Shown here: piece by piece, positions 18,605 to 27,687 of the stretch | How positions within the stretch are numbered: the stretch's first letter is position 1 | Layout: each line of letters opens with the position of its first letter | DNA from: Candidatus Bathyarchaeota archaeon | Lineage (GTDB): Archaea > Thermoproteota > Bathyarchaeia > TCS64 | Assembly (NCBI GenBank): GCA_037439685.1 | Contig: JBBIVO010000001.1 | Coordinates: 39,033 to 86,499 of the forward strand | Direction of reading: 5' to 3' | Length of the DNA stretch: 47,467 nucleotides | Notes under the pieces: model-generated | The model's database searches: none | What the model was told of the DNA's origin: nothing | Seen by the model: the letters and a program-made list of their open reading frames with translations, nothing else | Translations under genes and position numbers: made by a program

Positions 18605-19039
18605 ATGGCAGTGAGGGTGAAGTTAAGGATAAAGGCTAAGGGCGATAAGGGGGAGGTTGTCTCCTCAGCCCTCGTCAACTCTGGCTTCGAGACTGAGAAG
18701 CCCCAACTCCTCATACCCCTGGCCTTGGCTAGGGCTCTTGGCCTCTGGCCTCCACCGCCCACCAGCTCTATCGCTGAGCTTGGGACGGCTGGGGGGCCGG
18801 TCAGGAACTACCTAGTGCCTGACGCCCTTGAGGTCTCTATCCTCACCGGGGATAGGTCCACAGAGCCTGTGGAGTGCTGCGCTATAATCTCCCACATTGA
18901 AGAGGAGGTCCTGATAAATGATAAGCTCAGTGATGAGCTTAAGATAGTGATGCTGAGGCCTGGCGCAGGGATATGGAGGTTGGCAGACGACCCGGAGGGG
19001 ATGAGTAGGAGGAGTGAGCCCCCTAGATATTGGGCCTGA
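18605..19039 (+). CDS. retropepsin-like (clan AA aspartic protease-like) small protein with Asn at the catalytic Asp position
   Basis: The 144-aa ORF has SSALVNSGFE...LLIPLALARALGL, which resembles the ALVDTGA...LP..A..LGL pattern of small archaeal clan AA proteases. N-S-G replaces D-T/S-G. Confidence 0.4.
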   Translation: MAVRVKLRIKAKGDKGEVVSSALVNSGFETEKPQLLIPLALARALGLWPPPPTSSIAELGTAGGPVRNYLVPDALEVSILTGDRSTEPVECCAIISHIEEEVLINDKLSDELKIVMLRPGAGIWRLADDPEGMSRRSEPPRYWA

Positions 19040-19244
19040 AAATCTGGCCTTATCACTTCGACCTTGTTTATCTCAGCGGGCCATCCTTTATTATCAATCT
19101 TTTATCATCATGATTTTTCTTCATCGATTCAAATCATAATAACAACATCATGAGAGATGATCTCTGGTGCCGAGAATATTAATCGGAGATGAGATCCCCC
19201 ATCGATTGGTCTTTTCAGGCCCTTATGATGATGTCTAGAGGAGG

Positions 19245-20495
19245 TTAGGCTCCCAACGCCATCTCCATAAATGGCTTGACCTCTCTGAGGGATCCCAGCT
19301 CCTGAGGCCTCTTGGATGAGGTGAGGGCTGCATCTATGTCCTTTATACCAGCACCTGTTATTATGAGGATCACCCTCTCATCCCGGTCTATGGCTCCCCC
19401 CTCCAGGAGCTTCTTGGCGCAGGCTACTGGGACGGCTGCGGCGGGCTCTGCGAAGATCCCCTCCCTCTCGGCCAGAAGCCTCTGGGCCCTCAGGATCTCC
19501 TCGTCTGAGGCCATCTCGGCGGCTCCCCCCGACTCTCTGAGGATCCTCAGCGCCCTCCTCCCGCTGGGGGGGTCGGGGTTGGATATGGCCGAGGCTATGG
19601 TCCTAGGCTCTGGATTGGGCTCCACGTGATCCAATCCCCTAATGAAGCTCCTCACTATGGGGGAGTTGCCCTCCGCCTGGACCAGCCCCATCCTCGGAAG
19701 CTCCTCAACCAGGCCCAGCTCCCTGAGCTCCAGCCACCCCTTCCATATAGCGCTGAGGTTTCCGGCGGAGCTCGTCGGCACTAGGATCCAGTCCGGCGCC
19801 TCCCATCCAAGCTGCTCGGCCAGTTCGAAGGAGATGGTCTTCTGCCCCTCAACCCTCATGGGGGCGTCGTTGTGGACCATGTATATCCCAAGCCCCCTCC
19901 CAGCCTCCAGGGCCTCCCCGCAGATCTCTGGGTAGGGGGCATCCACCGAGGCTACGGTCGCCCCGCAGATAAGGGTCTGAGCCACCTTCACCGTGGGAGT
20001 GCCCCTTGGGATGAGGATGAGGCACCTCACCCCTCCCCTCGCAGCGTAGGCTGCTAGAGAGGCGGCCATGTTGCCTGATGAGACGCAGCCGACAGCCCTT
20101 GCCCCAATCTCCAGGGCCATGGAGACCCCTACGCTCGAGCCCCTATCCTTGAAGGACCATGTGGGGTTCCTCGTCTCATCCTTTATGTAGAGCTCCTCTA
20201 ACCCCAACTCCATTCCAAGCCTCTCCGCCCTTATCAGGGGGGTGCCACCCTCCTCTAGGGTTACTATGCAATCCAGTCTTGAGACCGGGAGGAGCACCCT
20301 ATACCTCCACATCCCCGAGCCCTTGAGGCCCCCCTCCTCGGCCTCCCCTCGGACCTTGTCGTAATCGTAGGCAACCTCCAAGGGGTAGTCGCAGCGGCTG
20401 CACCTGTAGGCCATCTCCCACAATCGGTGCTCCTCTCCACATACCTTGCAGACAAGTTTAGGAGAAGGGTTCAAACCTCCGGTTGGCATGGACAT
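19245..20495 (-). CDS. thrC: threonine synthase-family PLP enzyme with N-terminal zinc ribbon
   Basis: CKVCGEE...CSRCDYPLEV Cys4 ribbon. The PLP-lysine motif is WSFKDRGS, and a glycine-rich PLP loop is present. 416 aa. Confidence 0.7.
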   Translation of the reverse strand: MSMPTGGLNPSPKLVCKVCGEEHRLWEMAYRCSRCDYPLEVAYDYDKVRGEAEEGGLKGSGMWRYRVLLPVSRLDCIVTLEEGGTPLIRAERLGMELGLEELYIKDETRNPTWSFKDRGSSVGVSMALEIGARAVGCVSSGNMAASLAAYAARGGVRCLILIPRGTPTVKVAQTLICGATVASVDAPYPEICGEALEAGRGLGIYMVHNDAPMRVEGQKTISFELAEQLGWEAPDWILVPTSSAGNLSAIWKGWLELRELGLVEELPRMGLVQAEGNSPIVRSFIRGLDHVEPNPEPRTIASAISNPDPPSGRRALRILRESGGAAEMASDEEILRAQRLLAEREGIFAEPAAAVPVACAKKLLEGGAIDRDERVILIITGAGIKDIDAALTSSKRPQELGSLREVKPFMEMALGA

Positions 20496-20528
20496 CCTCG
20501 AGGAGGGCGACCTGGAATATAAAATCCT

Positions 20529-21347
20529 CTATCCTCCGCCGCCTCCAAGCTGGCCTATCAGTATGGGGAGGACGCCGAGGGCTAGGGGGATGGGGAGGCC
20601 TGGGAAGGAGCCAACCCTATGGGTTATTATGAGGGTTAGGGCGCACCCAGCCATCATCAGGGCGGAGGCTTGAAGGGCCATCGAGACCCCGAAGAACCTC
20701 ATGGTGTGAGATGCCACCATGGAATAGAATATTATATCCCCTACCCCCACCTCAACCCCTCCCAGGCTTATCGCCGCCCCAGCCTCCCGGTCATCCCCCT
20801 TGGCCGCCGCAGCCCTCCAAGAGAAGAATAGGTCGTACACCGCGAAGATCGTAAGGAGTAGGAGGATGCTCGAGGTGGGGGAGTTGACCCCTATAAAGGA
20901 CCCTAGAACCGTCCCATATACGAGGTATATGAGTGCCATAACCTGCTCCGGTGGGGAAACCACCACGGCTAGGGTTGAGAGGACGACGATGAACATCAGG
21001 AACCACAGTAGGAGGGTTGAGGGAAGCCCCTCATGGGCCTCGAGGGCCCCTCTGGCCATGAGGATGGAGGTGAAGGCCCCTAATAGGATCAGGCTCCTGA
21101 GCAGGATGACCCTGGCATACCTTACGGCTGAGGCCAAGAGGGCTGAGATGATGATGGATGGAACAGATATCACGAGGACGTTCAGGAGCACCTCGATAGG
21201 TGTCCTCTCCCTCGGGAAGGGCATTATGGGATAGCTGGATGCCCACCTCCCAAGGCCTGAGGATATGGCCAGTGAGAGGAGGAGGACGGCCGCTAGGAGG
21301 GCAGCCGCCAGGGCCCTCCCCCTAATCTCGTCTCCACTACTTGACAA
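20529..21347 (-). CDS. polytopic membrane protein, presenilin / signal-peptide-peptidase-like (GxGD aspartyl protease family)
   Basis: FAVYDLF (YD), GVGDIIFYS (GxGD) and a C-terminal GLPIPLALG (PAL-like) occur in the order expected for archaeal presenilin homologues. The TTG start overlaps the upstream ABC ATPase stop. Confidence 0.55.
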   Translation of the reverse strand: MSSSGDEIRGRALAAALLAAVLLLSLAISSGLGRWASSYPIMPFPRERTPIEVLLNVLVISVPSIIISALLASAVRYARVILLRSLILLGAFTSILMARGALEAHEGLPSTLLLWFLMFIVVLSTLAVVVSPPEQVMALIYLVYGTVLGSFIGVNSPTSSILLLLTIFAVYDLFFSWRAAAAKGDDREAGAAISLGGVEVGVGDIIFYSMVASHTMRFFGVSMALQASALMMAGCALTLIITHRVGSFPGLPIPLALGVLPILIGQLGGGGG

Positions 21348-22320
21348 GGTGGCAGGAGACGAGGTGGCCGTCCTCCACCTCTACGGGAGTGGGCTCCTCC
21401 CTCTCGCAGGCCTCCCTGCGGAAGGGGCATCTCGTGTGGAACCTGCACCCAGGTGGGGGGGCTATGGGGCTTGGTATCTCCCCCCTGAGAAGGACTCTAT
21501 CCCTCTTGACATCTGGGTTTATATCGGGGAAGGCCGAGATGAGGGCCTTAGTGTATGGGTGTTGGGGGTTCTGAAACACGTCCTCTGAGGCCCCCCTCTC
21601 CATGATCTTCCCGAGGTACATGATGGCCAGCTTATCGCTCATGTACCTTACGACGGCGAGGTTGTGAGCTATTAGGAGATATGTCAGCCTGAACTCCCTC
21701 TTCAGCTCTTGTAGGAGGTTGAGGATGGTCGCCTGGATAGACACGTCTAGGGATGAGACGGGCTCGTCGGCCACGATGAACTTAGGCCTAAGGGCTATCG
21801 CCCTTGCGATGGCTATCCTCTGCCTCTGCCCACCGCTGAACTCGTGGGGATACCTATCGATGAAGACTCTCCCAGGGTTTAGGCCGACCGTGTCGAGAAG
21901 TTCTATGGCCATCCTCCTCCTCTCCTCCCCCTTCAATCCCAAGTGGATTGAGAGGGGTTCACCGACGATCTCCTCAACGGTCATCCTGGGGTTGAGGGAG
22001 GCGTAGGGGTTCTGGAAGACCATCTGCATATCCCTCCTAAGTTTCCTCTTTTCCTCATCCCTCAAAGAGAAGATGCACCTTCCCTCGAAGTGGATCTTAC
22101 CCTCTGTAGGCTCGATAAGCTGCATTAATACTAGCCCGGTCGTCGTCTTCCCGCTTCCGCTCTCCCCAACAAGGCTGAAGGTCTCCCCCCTCCCTATCTC
22201 TAGGTCTATCGAGTCCACGGCCCTAACCCACCTCTTCTCCTTGGATAGGAGCTTATCCACCCAGCTCTTCTCAACGGGGTAGTACTTCTTCAACCCCTTT
22301 ACTTCAACCAGGGTCTCCAT
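21337..22320 (-). CDS. oligopeptide/dipeptide ABC transporter ATP-binding protein (OppF/DppF-like)
   Basis: Walker A GESGSGKT, signature FSGGQRQR, Walker B IVADEP, and a C-terminal PPGCRFHTRCP oligopeptide-transporter extension. Confidence 0.85.
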   Translation of the reverse strand: METLVEVKGLKKYYPVEKSWVDKLLSKEKRWVRAVDSIDLEIGRGETFSLVGESGSGKTTTGLVLMQLIEPTEGKIHFEGRCIFSLRDEEKRKLRRDMQMVFQNPYASLNPRMTVEEIVGEPLSIHLGLKGEERRRMAIELLDTVGLNPGRVFIDRYPHEFSGGQRQRIAIARAIALRPKFIVADEPVSSLDVSIQATILNLLQELKREFRLTYLLIAHNLAVVRYMSDKLAIMYLGKIMERGASEDVFQNPQHPYTKALISAFPDINPDVKRDRVLLRGEIPSPIAPPPGCRFHTRCPFRREACEREEPTPVEVEDGHLVSCHLVK

Positions 22321-22326
22321 CGGGTA

Positions 22327-23313
22327 TCAGTCCCCTCCCATGACGGGATGGTGGCAGAGGACATAGTGCTCCTCCCCCACCTCTATGAGCTGGGGGTCCT
22401 CCTTGCACCTCTCATCGGCGTATCTGCACCTGGGGGAGAACCTGCATCCCGGAGGGGGTTCAACGAGGTCTGGCACAGAGCCTTCGATTCCTGTAAGCCT
22501 CTCCCTCTTGAATCCAACCCTGGGGATGGATTCTAGGAGCCCAACGGTGTAGGGGTGCCTAGGCTCCCTTAGGATCCTCCTGATGTCTGAGTACTCCACG
22601 ATCTTCCCAGCGTACATAACCGCAACCCTCTCGCAGAGTTCGGCGATGACCCCGAAGTCATGGCTGATTATCAGAGATGACATCTTGAACTCCTTCTTCA
22701 GGTCCTTCATCAGCTCTAGGAGCTGGGCCTGGATTATCACGTCCAAGGCTGTGGTCGGCTCGTCTGCTATCATCAGTTCGGGGTTGCATGAGAGGGCCAT
22801 GGCCATCATAGCCCTCTGCCTCATCCCCCCGCTGAGCTGGTGGGGATAGCTCATGGCCACGTCCCTAGGGGAGGGGATCCCAACAACCTCTAGGGTGGAT
22901 ATGACCCTCTCCCAGGCCTCCCTCCTGCCTAGCCTCTGGTGTCTTATTATGCCCTCGGCTATCTGGTCTCCTATCCTCATGACGGGGTTGAAATAGGTCA
23001 TGGGGTCCTGGAAGCTCATGGCTATCTTCGCTCCTCTCACCTCCCTCATCTCAGCCTCCGACAGCTTTAAGAGGTTCCTGCCCCTTAGGAGGATCTCACC
23101 TCCCACTATCCTTCCTGGGGCTGGGACTAGCCTCATAATGGAGAGGGCCGCCGTGGACTTCCCACAGCCCGACTCGCCGACCAGGCCTACGGTCTCCCCC
23201 ACTAGAACAGTGAAGCTTATCCCATCCACGGCCTTAACGGTGCCCCTCAGGGTTGGGAAGTGGGTTCTTAGATCCCTAACCTCGAGGACGGCCTCTTCTA
23301 TCTTCATGGTCAC
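22327..23313 (-). CDS. oligopeptide/dipeptide ABC transporter ATP-binding protein (OppD/DppD-like)
   Basis: GESGCGKS, LSGGMRQR, IADEPTTALD and a C-terminal PPGCRFSPRC motif. Confidence 0.85.
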   Translation of the reverse strand: MTMKIEEAVLEVRDLRTHFPTLRGTVKAVDGISFTVLVGETVGLVGESGCGKSTAALSIMRLVPAPGRIVGGEILLRGRNLLKLSEAEMREVRGAKIAMSFQDPMTYFNPVMRIGDQIAEGIIRHQRLGRREAWERVISTLEVVGIPSPRDVAMSYPHQLSGGMRQRAMMAMALSCNPELMIADEPTTALDVIIQAQLLELMKDLKKEFKMSSLIISHDFGVIAELCERVAVMYAGKIVEYSDIRRILREPRHPYTVGLLESIPRVGFKRERLTGIEGSVPDLVEPPPGCRFSPRCRYADERCKEDPQLIEVGEEHYVLCHHPVMGGD

Positions 23314-24200
23314 CTCTCCCTGAGCCTCGGATTCAGGGCGTCATTGAGACCATCCCCGATGAGGTTGAAGGCCATGACGGTTATGAATATCGCGGCACCA
23401 GGAAAGGCCGCCATCCACCAGGTCCTCCTCACATACATCTGGGCTATGCTGAGCATCCTGCCCCAGCTGACCAGGCTGGGGTCGCCTAGGCCTAGGAAGC
23501 TTAGACCTGCCTCTGTGAGGATGGCCGATCCGACCTGTAGAGAGGAGTTCACTATGACGGGGTAGATCCCGTTTGGCAGTATGTGCCTGAATATGATCCT
23601 CAGGTGGCTCGCGCCCACAACCCTGGCGGCCTGCACGAACTCCTGCTCCCTTAGGGAGAGGAAGGTCGACCTGAGGAGGCGGGCTGTGCCGGGCCAGGTC
23701 ATGAACCCTATAACCAGCACCACGTTCCTCAGGCTGCTTCCGAAGAGGGCGACGATGAGGAGGATGAGGAAGAAGTTTGGGATTATCAGAAGCATGTCCG
23801 TAAGCCTCATGAGGATATCCTCTACCCTCCCCCCATAATAGCCGGATATGGCTCCGACGATTATCCCTATCGAGGAGGCTATGAAGACCGAGGAGAACCC
23901 AACCAGGAGGGAGGTCTTACTCCCGAACATTATAAGCTTCAGGATATCCCGTCCCAGGTCGTCCGTGCCTAAGGGATGGGCAAAGGAGGGGGGGAGGAGG
24001 ACCTCACCTGGATAGATCCCGAAGGGATTGTAGGGGTCTAAACGGTCTGTTAGCACCGCGATTAAGGTTAGGGCGATGAGGGTTGCGAAGCCCATTACGG
24101 CTGGTCTATTCCTGCTGAAGGATCTCCAGAAGCCCCTGAAGCCCCTTGAATATCTCTTCAGCCTCCCCAGAGATGGCCTTACCGTCATCATGCCATCCAC
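23310..24200 (-). CDS. ABC peptide transporter permease (OppC/DppC-like)
   Basis: 296-aa polytopic protein with N-terminal PLGTDDLGRD and a binding-protein-dependent permease core. 4-nt overlap with the downstream ATPase gene. Confidence 0.85.
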   Translation of the reverse strand: MDGMMTVRPSLGRLKRYSRGFRGFWRSFSRNRPAVMGFATLIALTLIAVLTDRLDPYNPFGIYPGEVLLPPSFAHPLGTDDLGRDILKLIMFGSKTSLLVGFSSVFIASSIGIIVGAISGYYGGRVEDILMRLTDMLLIIPNFFLILLIVALFGSSLRNVVLVIGFMTWPGTARLLRSTFLSLREQEFVQAARVVGASHLRIIFRHILPNGIYPVIVNSSLQVGSAILTEAGLSFLGLGDPSLVSWGRMLSIAQMYVRRTWWMAAFPGAAIFITVMAFNLIGDGLNDALNPRLRER

Positions 24201-24201
24201 C

Positions 24202-25176
24202 TCACTTATACCTCACCCTCGGATCCAACAGGGCATAGAGGATGTCGACGATGAAGTTAGCAAGTACAACGGTTATCGAGACTATGATGAATATCCCCAT
24301 CAGCACTGGATAGTCCCTGGTGATTATAGAGTCATAGACGAGCCTCCCAATCCCAGGCCAAGAGAAGACGGTCTCGGTGAGGGTGGCCCCTGTCAGCATC
24401 AGGCCAAGGTTGAGGCCTAGGACGGTTGTGACGGGGAGCATCGCGTTCCTGAATGCATGCCTATAATAGACCGCCCTATCATCCAGCCCCTTTCCCCAGG
24501 CCGTGGTGATATAGTCCTTCCTCAGCTCCTCAAGCATGCTAGCCCTAGTCAACCTTGTGTAGAGAGCCAAATAGGTGGTCCCCAGGGTTGTCGCTGGAAG
24601 TATGAGATGCTTCAGGGTATCTATGACCGCCTCCCACCCCTCCAGCTCTGCACCCATCGTCGACATACCCATCGTCGGGAGCCAGCGGAGGTAGACGGAG
24701 AAGACTATTATCAGGAGCATTCCAAGCCAGAAGGTTGGTATAGAGTATCCCAAGACAGATATCGTGGAGGCTAGGTTGTCCACCAGCGAGTAGGGCCTCT
24801 TGGATGAGGAGACGCCTAGGAATATTCCAAGGATGAAGGCGAACATTATGCTCGTGGTCATCAGGAGGAGGGTGTTCGGGACCCTCTCGAGGATGACCTG
24901 GAGGACTGGGGATCTATACCTATAGGAGGTTCCGAGGTTCCCGCTGAAGACGTTGGTGATGTATATGAGGAGCTGCTCGTGGAGGGGCTTGTCAAGGCCG
25001 AACTCCCTAGTCAGCCTCTCTATATACTCCCTTGGAACGACTTCGCCTCCACCGACGAGGTAGTCTATTGGGCTTCCTGGGGCGAGATGCATAAGGGTGA
25101 AGTTGATGACGATGGCGAAGATGCACAGGGGGATGAGCTGGGGGATCCTCCTAAGCACATACCTCCTCATCGACAA
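24202..25176 (-). CDS. ABC peptide transporter permease (OppB/DppB-like)
   Basis: The N-terminal YVLRRIPQLIPL...NFTLMHLAPGSP and a C-terminal DPRVRY are typical of OppB/DppB. Confidence 0.85.
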   Translation of the reverse strand: MSMRRYVLRRIPQLIPLCIFAIVINFTLMHLAPGSPIDYLVGGGEVVPREYIERLTREFGLDKPLHEQLLIYITNVFSGNLGTSYRYRSPVLQVILERVPNTLLLMTTSIMFAFILGIFLGVSSSKRPYSLVDNLASTISVLGYSIPTFWLGMLLIIVFSVYLRWLPTMGMSTMGAELEGWEAVIDTLKHLILPATTLGTTYLALYTRLTRASMLEELRKDYITTAWGKGLDDRAVYYRHAFRNAMLPVTTVLGLNLGLMLTGATLTETVFSWPGIGRLVYDSIITRDYPVLMGIFIIVSITVVLANFIVDILYALLDPRVRYK

Positions 25177-25218
25177 GGCGAGACACCACCCAAAAAAAGG
25201 AGGGAATAACCTACATTT

Positions 25219-27165
25219 TTACATCCTTCTTCTCTTAAGGATGAAGTATCCTGCGGCTCCCGCAACTGCTATGATTACCACTGCGATGGTGGCATAGAGG
25301 CCTATCGGAGGCGGCGGCGTCGGGATCTTCAGGGCAGCCTCTGCTGAGGATACCGCTGCGTCATACCTCCCCTCGGAGAGGGCCTTCTTAGCCTCATTGA
25401 GCTTCGCCAAAGCCTCATCCACCTTCCCCCAGTTTCCAGCCTGGTACTCCTTCAGCTTCGATTCAACCTCTCTGATCTTGGCCTCCGCGGCCTCAGGGGT
25501 GGCTAGGCTCCCCTTAGTCCACCACACCCTGTCGAAGTGGTTGCAGTACCAGTAGGCCCCTGTCTCGTTGAGGCCTCTGTAATCCGTCCTAGCAGCTGCG
25601 AATAGGACCCTCTCCTGTATTGGTATGATTGGGAGGTCCTCCATCATGATCATCTGCATCTCCTTGAAGAGATCAGCCCTCTTCACCGGGTCGACGGTCT
25701 TCCTCGACTCGTCCCAGAGCTTGTTTACCTCTGAGTTGTTGTACCTCACGAACTGCCAGCTCCCAGGGGCTATGGCTGAACCGTGATAGTAGACGAAGAG
25801 CCTGTCTGGGTCGGGGCCTGTGGCATGTCCGAACCAGGCCAGGTCAAAGTCGTATTTCACCGTTATCCACTCTTTAAGGGTTGGCCAATCGGCTGATACC
25901 AGCTTAACCTTTACCCCGACCTTCTCAAGCTGGGACTTTATTATCTCTGATCCCCTCTCCCTAGGCGTGTCTCCAGCCGTGTAGTATAGGCGGAGCTCAA
26001 ACCTGTATCCGTCGGGGCCTCTCGGGTATCCGGCCTCGTCGAGGAGCTGCTCGGCCTTCTTGGGGTCATACTCGTACTTCGGGACATTCGGCTCGTAGAA
26101 GTCTTTGAGGGCGGATGAGACCCAGCTGTGCTGCACCTGTCCAAATCCTCCCAGGGCTAGGTCGATTATCTCCTGGCGGTTGATGGCGTGGAGGAGGGCG
26201 TGCCTCACCTTCTTGTTCATCAGTATAGGGTTCTCGTTACCCTCAGGGCTGGTCCCCTGGTTTATGCCTAGATAGTTGGTCAACCCCAAGGCGGTGAAGA
26301 TGGGGAAGACGTATATGCCTTCTATCCCTTGGAGCCTCTTCACCTCGGGCTCTGGAACCATGTTGATGGCTCCCGCCTCCCCCGTCTCCAACGCCGCTAT
26401 CTGGGTGGCCGTGTTGGGGGCGACCTTGTATATGATCCTATCCAGGTAGGGAAGACCCTTGATGTAGTAGTCCCTGTTCTTTTCCAGGACTATTCGGTCC
26501 CCCTTCACCCACTCGACGAACTTGAAGGGGCCCGACCCGATGGGCTTCTCGTTGTAGGGGTTCTTCCAGATATCTGTACCTTCGTACAGGTGCTTGGGTA
26601 TGATCATGTGGTTCCTCCAGAAGGCGAATCCCAGGGGCATCAGGATGGGGCTTGGCTCCTTCAGGTGGAAGACGACGGTGTAGTCATCGGGGGTTGTTAT
26701 ATGGTCTATGACCGAGAAGAATGGCCGCTGGGGTAGGGCCAGCCTCGGGTCTAGGTAGAGGTCGAAGGTGAACTTGACATCTGCCGATGTAAGGGGCTTA
26801 CCATCATGCCACTTCACATTCTTCCTCAGGTAGAAGGTGTAGGTCAGCCCATCGGGCGATATCTCCCACTTCTCCGCCAGGTCAGGCCTGTAGACCAGCT
26901 TCCCCTTCTCGTCGACCCCCCTGTCTATCAAGGAGCTGAATATCTGGTTAGCCACTAGGAAGGAGGGGTCATCTATCGTGAGGAGGGGGTTGAGGGTGCT
27001 GGAGTCGCTTATCCTCAGGAAGACGAGGGTTCCGCCATACCTAGGGACCTCTGCCTGAGAGGCCTCGTTTGAAACTATTGGGGCATCTGCTAACCCTGAA
27101 ATCGATGAAAGTATTAGGATCGCGGAAATAATGACTGCCGAATGTTTGAAAGATCTCGGTATCAT
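25219..27165 (-). CDS. family-5 extracellular solute-binding protein (peptide/nickel type) with coiled-coil, Pro-rich linker and C-terminal TM anchor
   Basis: 648 aa with a signal-like N-terminus and an SBP_bac_5-like core (GGTLVF, LAEKWEISPDGLTYTFYLRKNVKWHDG). The C-terminal TPPPPIGLYATIAVVIIAVAGAAGYFILKRRR anchor is typical of archaeal SBPs. Confidence 0.85.
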   Translation of the reverse strand: MIPRSFKHSAVIISAILILSSISGLADAPIVSNEASQAEVPRYGGTLVFLRISDSSTLNPLLTIDDPSFLVANQIFSSLIDRGVDEKGKLVYRPDLAEKWEISPDGLTYTFYLRKNVKWHDGKPLTSADVKFTFDLYLDPRLALPQRPFFSVIDHITTPDDYTVVFHLKEPSPILMPLGFAFWRNHMIIPKHLYEGTDIWKNPYNEKPIGSGPFKFVEWVKGDRIVLEKNRDYYIKGLPYLDRIIYKVAPNTATQIAALETGEAGAINMVPEPEVKRLQGIEGIYVFPIFTALGLTNYLGINQGTSPEGNENPILMNKKVRHALLHAINRQEIIDLALGGFGQVQHSWVSSALKDFYEPNVPKYEYDPKKAEQLLDEAGYPRGPDGYRFELRLYYTAGDTPRERGSEIIKSQLEKVGVKVKLVSADWPTLKEWITVKYDFDLAWFGHATGPDPDRLFVYYHGSAIAPGSWQFVRYNNSEVNKLWDESRKTVDPVKRADLFKEMQMIMMEDLPIIPIQERVLFAAARTDYRGLNETGAYWYCNHFDRVWWTKGSLATPEAAEAKIREVESKLKEYQAGNWGKVDEALAKLNEAKKALSEGRYDAAVSSAEAALKIPTPPPPIGLYATIAVVIIAVAGAAGYFILKRRRM

Positions 27166-27687
27166 AGGTTTTCGAAAATCTTAGACGTTCCACCTTATAG
27201 ATAAATCTATCGAACAAACATATCTGCTGAGCATGGACTTCAAAGAGCGACCAGGGGAAACCCCTCAAACCCGTTTTAGGAGGAAATCAATTTCCATAGC
27301 CCATCCATAAATTAGTTTAATATGGCGCCTCTATGGATAAGGTTATATTAAAAGAAGAGCTCACCATTACAAGAACAAGGAAAGACATAGACTTGAAGGA
27401 GGGACAAAATAAATTTTTTTGAGGAAGAAATAAAAAACCCATTTCGGATCTATCTCTATAAATTGATAGAAACATATATGAATTGAAAAGTTAAAATGAA
27501 GGTATATAAGTCTTCACTTAAGTTCCGAATAATTATGATTTTCCTAGAATAAAAATGGTTTTCACGATCTTGATTAAAAAGAGTCTGAAGCATGGAGTCC
27601 CATCTGTAGAGATATCCCATCCTAGGGAATGAGGAGGGGTCGAACCTTAAGGCTCTTTAACAGGGGCCCCTTCAAAAGATCGAGAAG

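Noticed and set aside
19100-19290. C/D-box sRNA candidates (AUGAUGA ... CUGA on the minus strand near 19075-19120 and on the plus strand at 19225-19288)
   Set aside because: Box spacing does not fit the C-12nt-D'/C'-12nt-D architecture. The first candidate is only 39 nt from box to box, and the second has no C'/D' boxes and overlaps the thrC coding sequence.
27166-27687. Small palindromes (TAGAT-AA-ATCTA at about 27199-27210; TCTATC...GATAGA at about 27450-27471) in the 520-bp region between the SBP and M14 genes
   Set aside because: They are short, AT-rich and expected by chance in AT-rich archaeal promoter DNA. The first coincides with the probable TATA region of the SBP gene. They are not distinctive enough to call operators.
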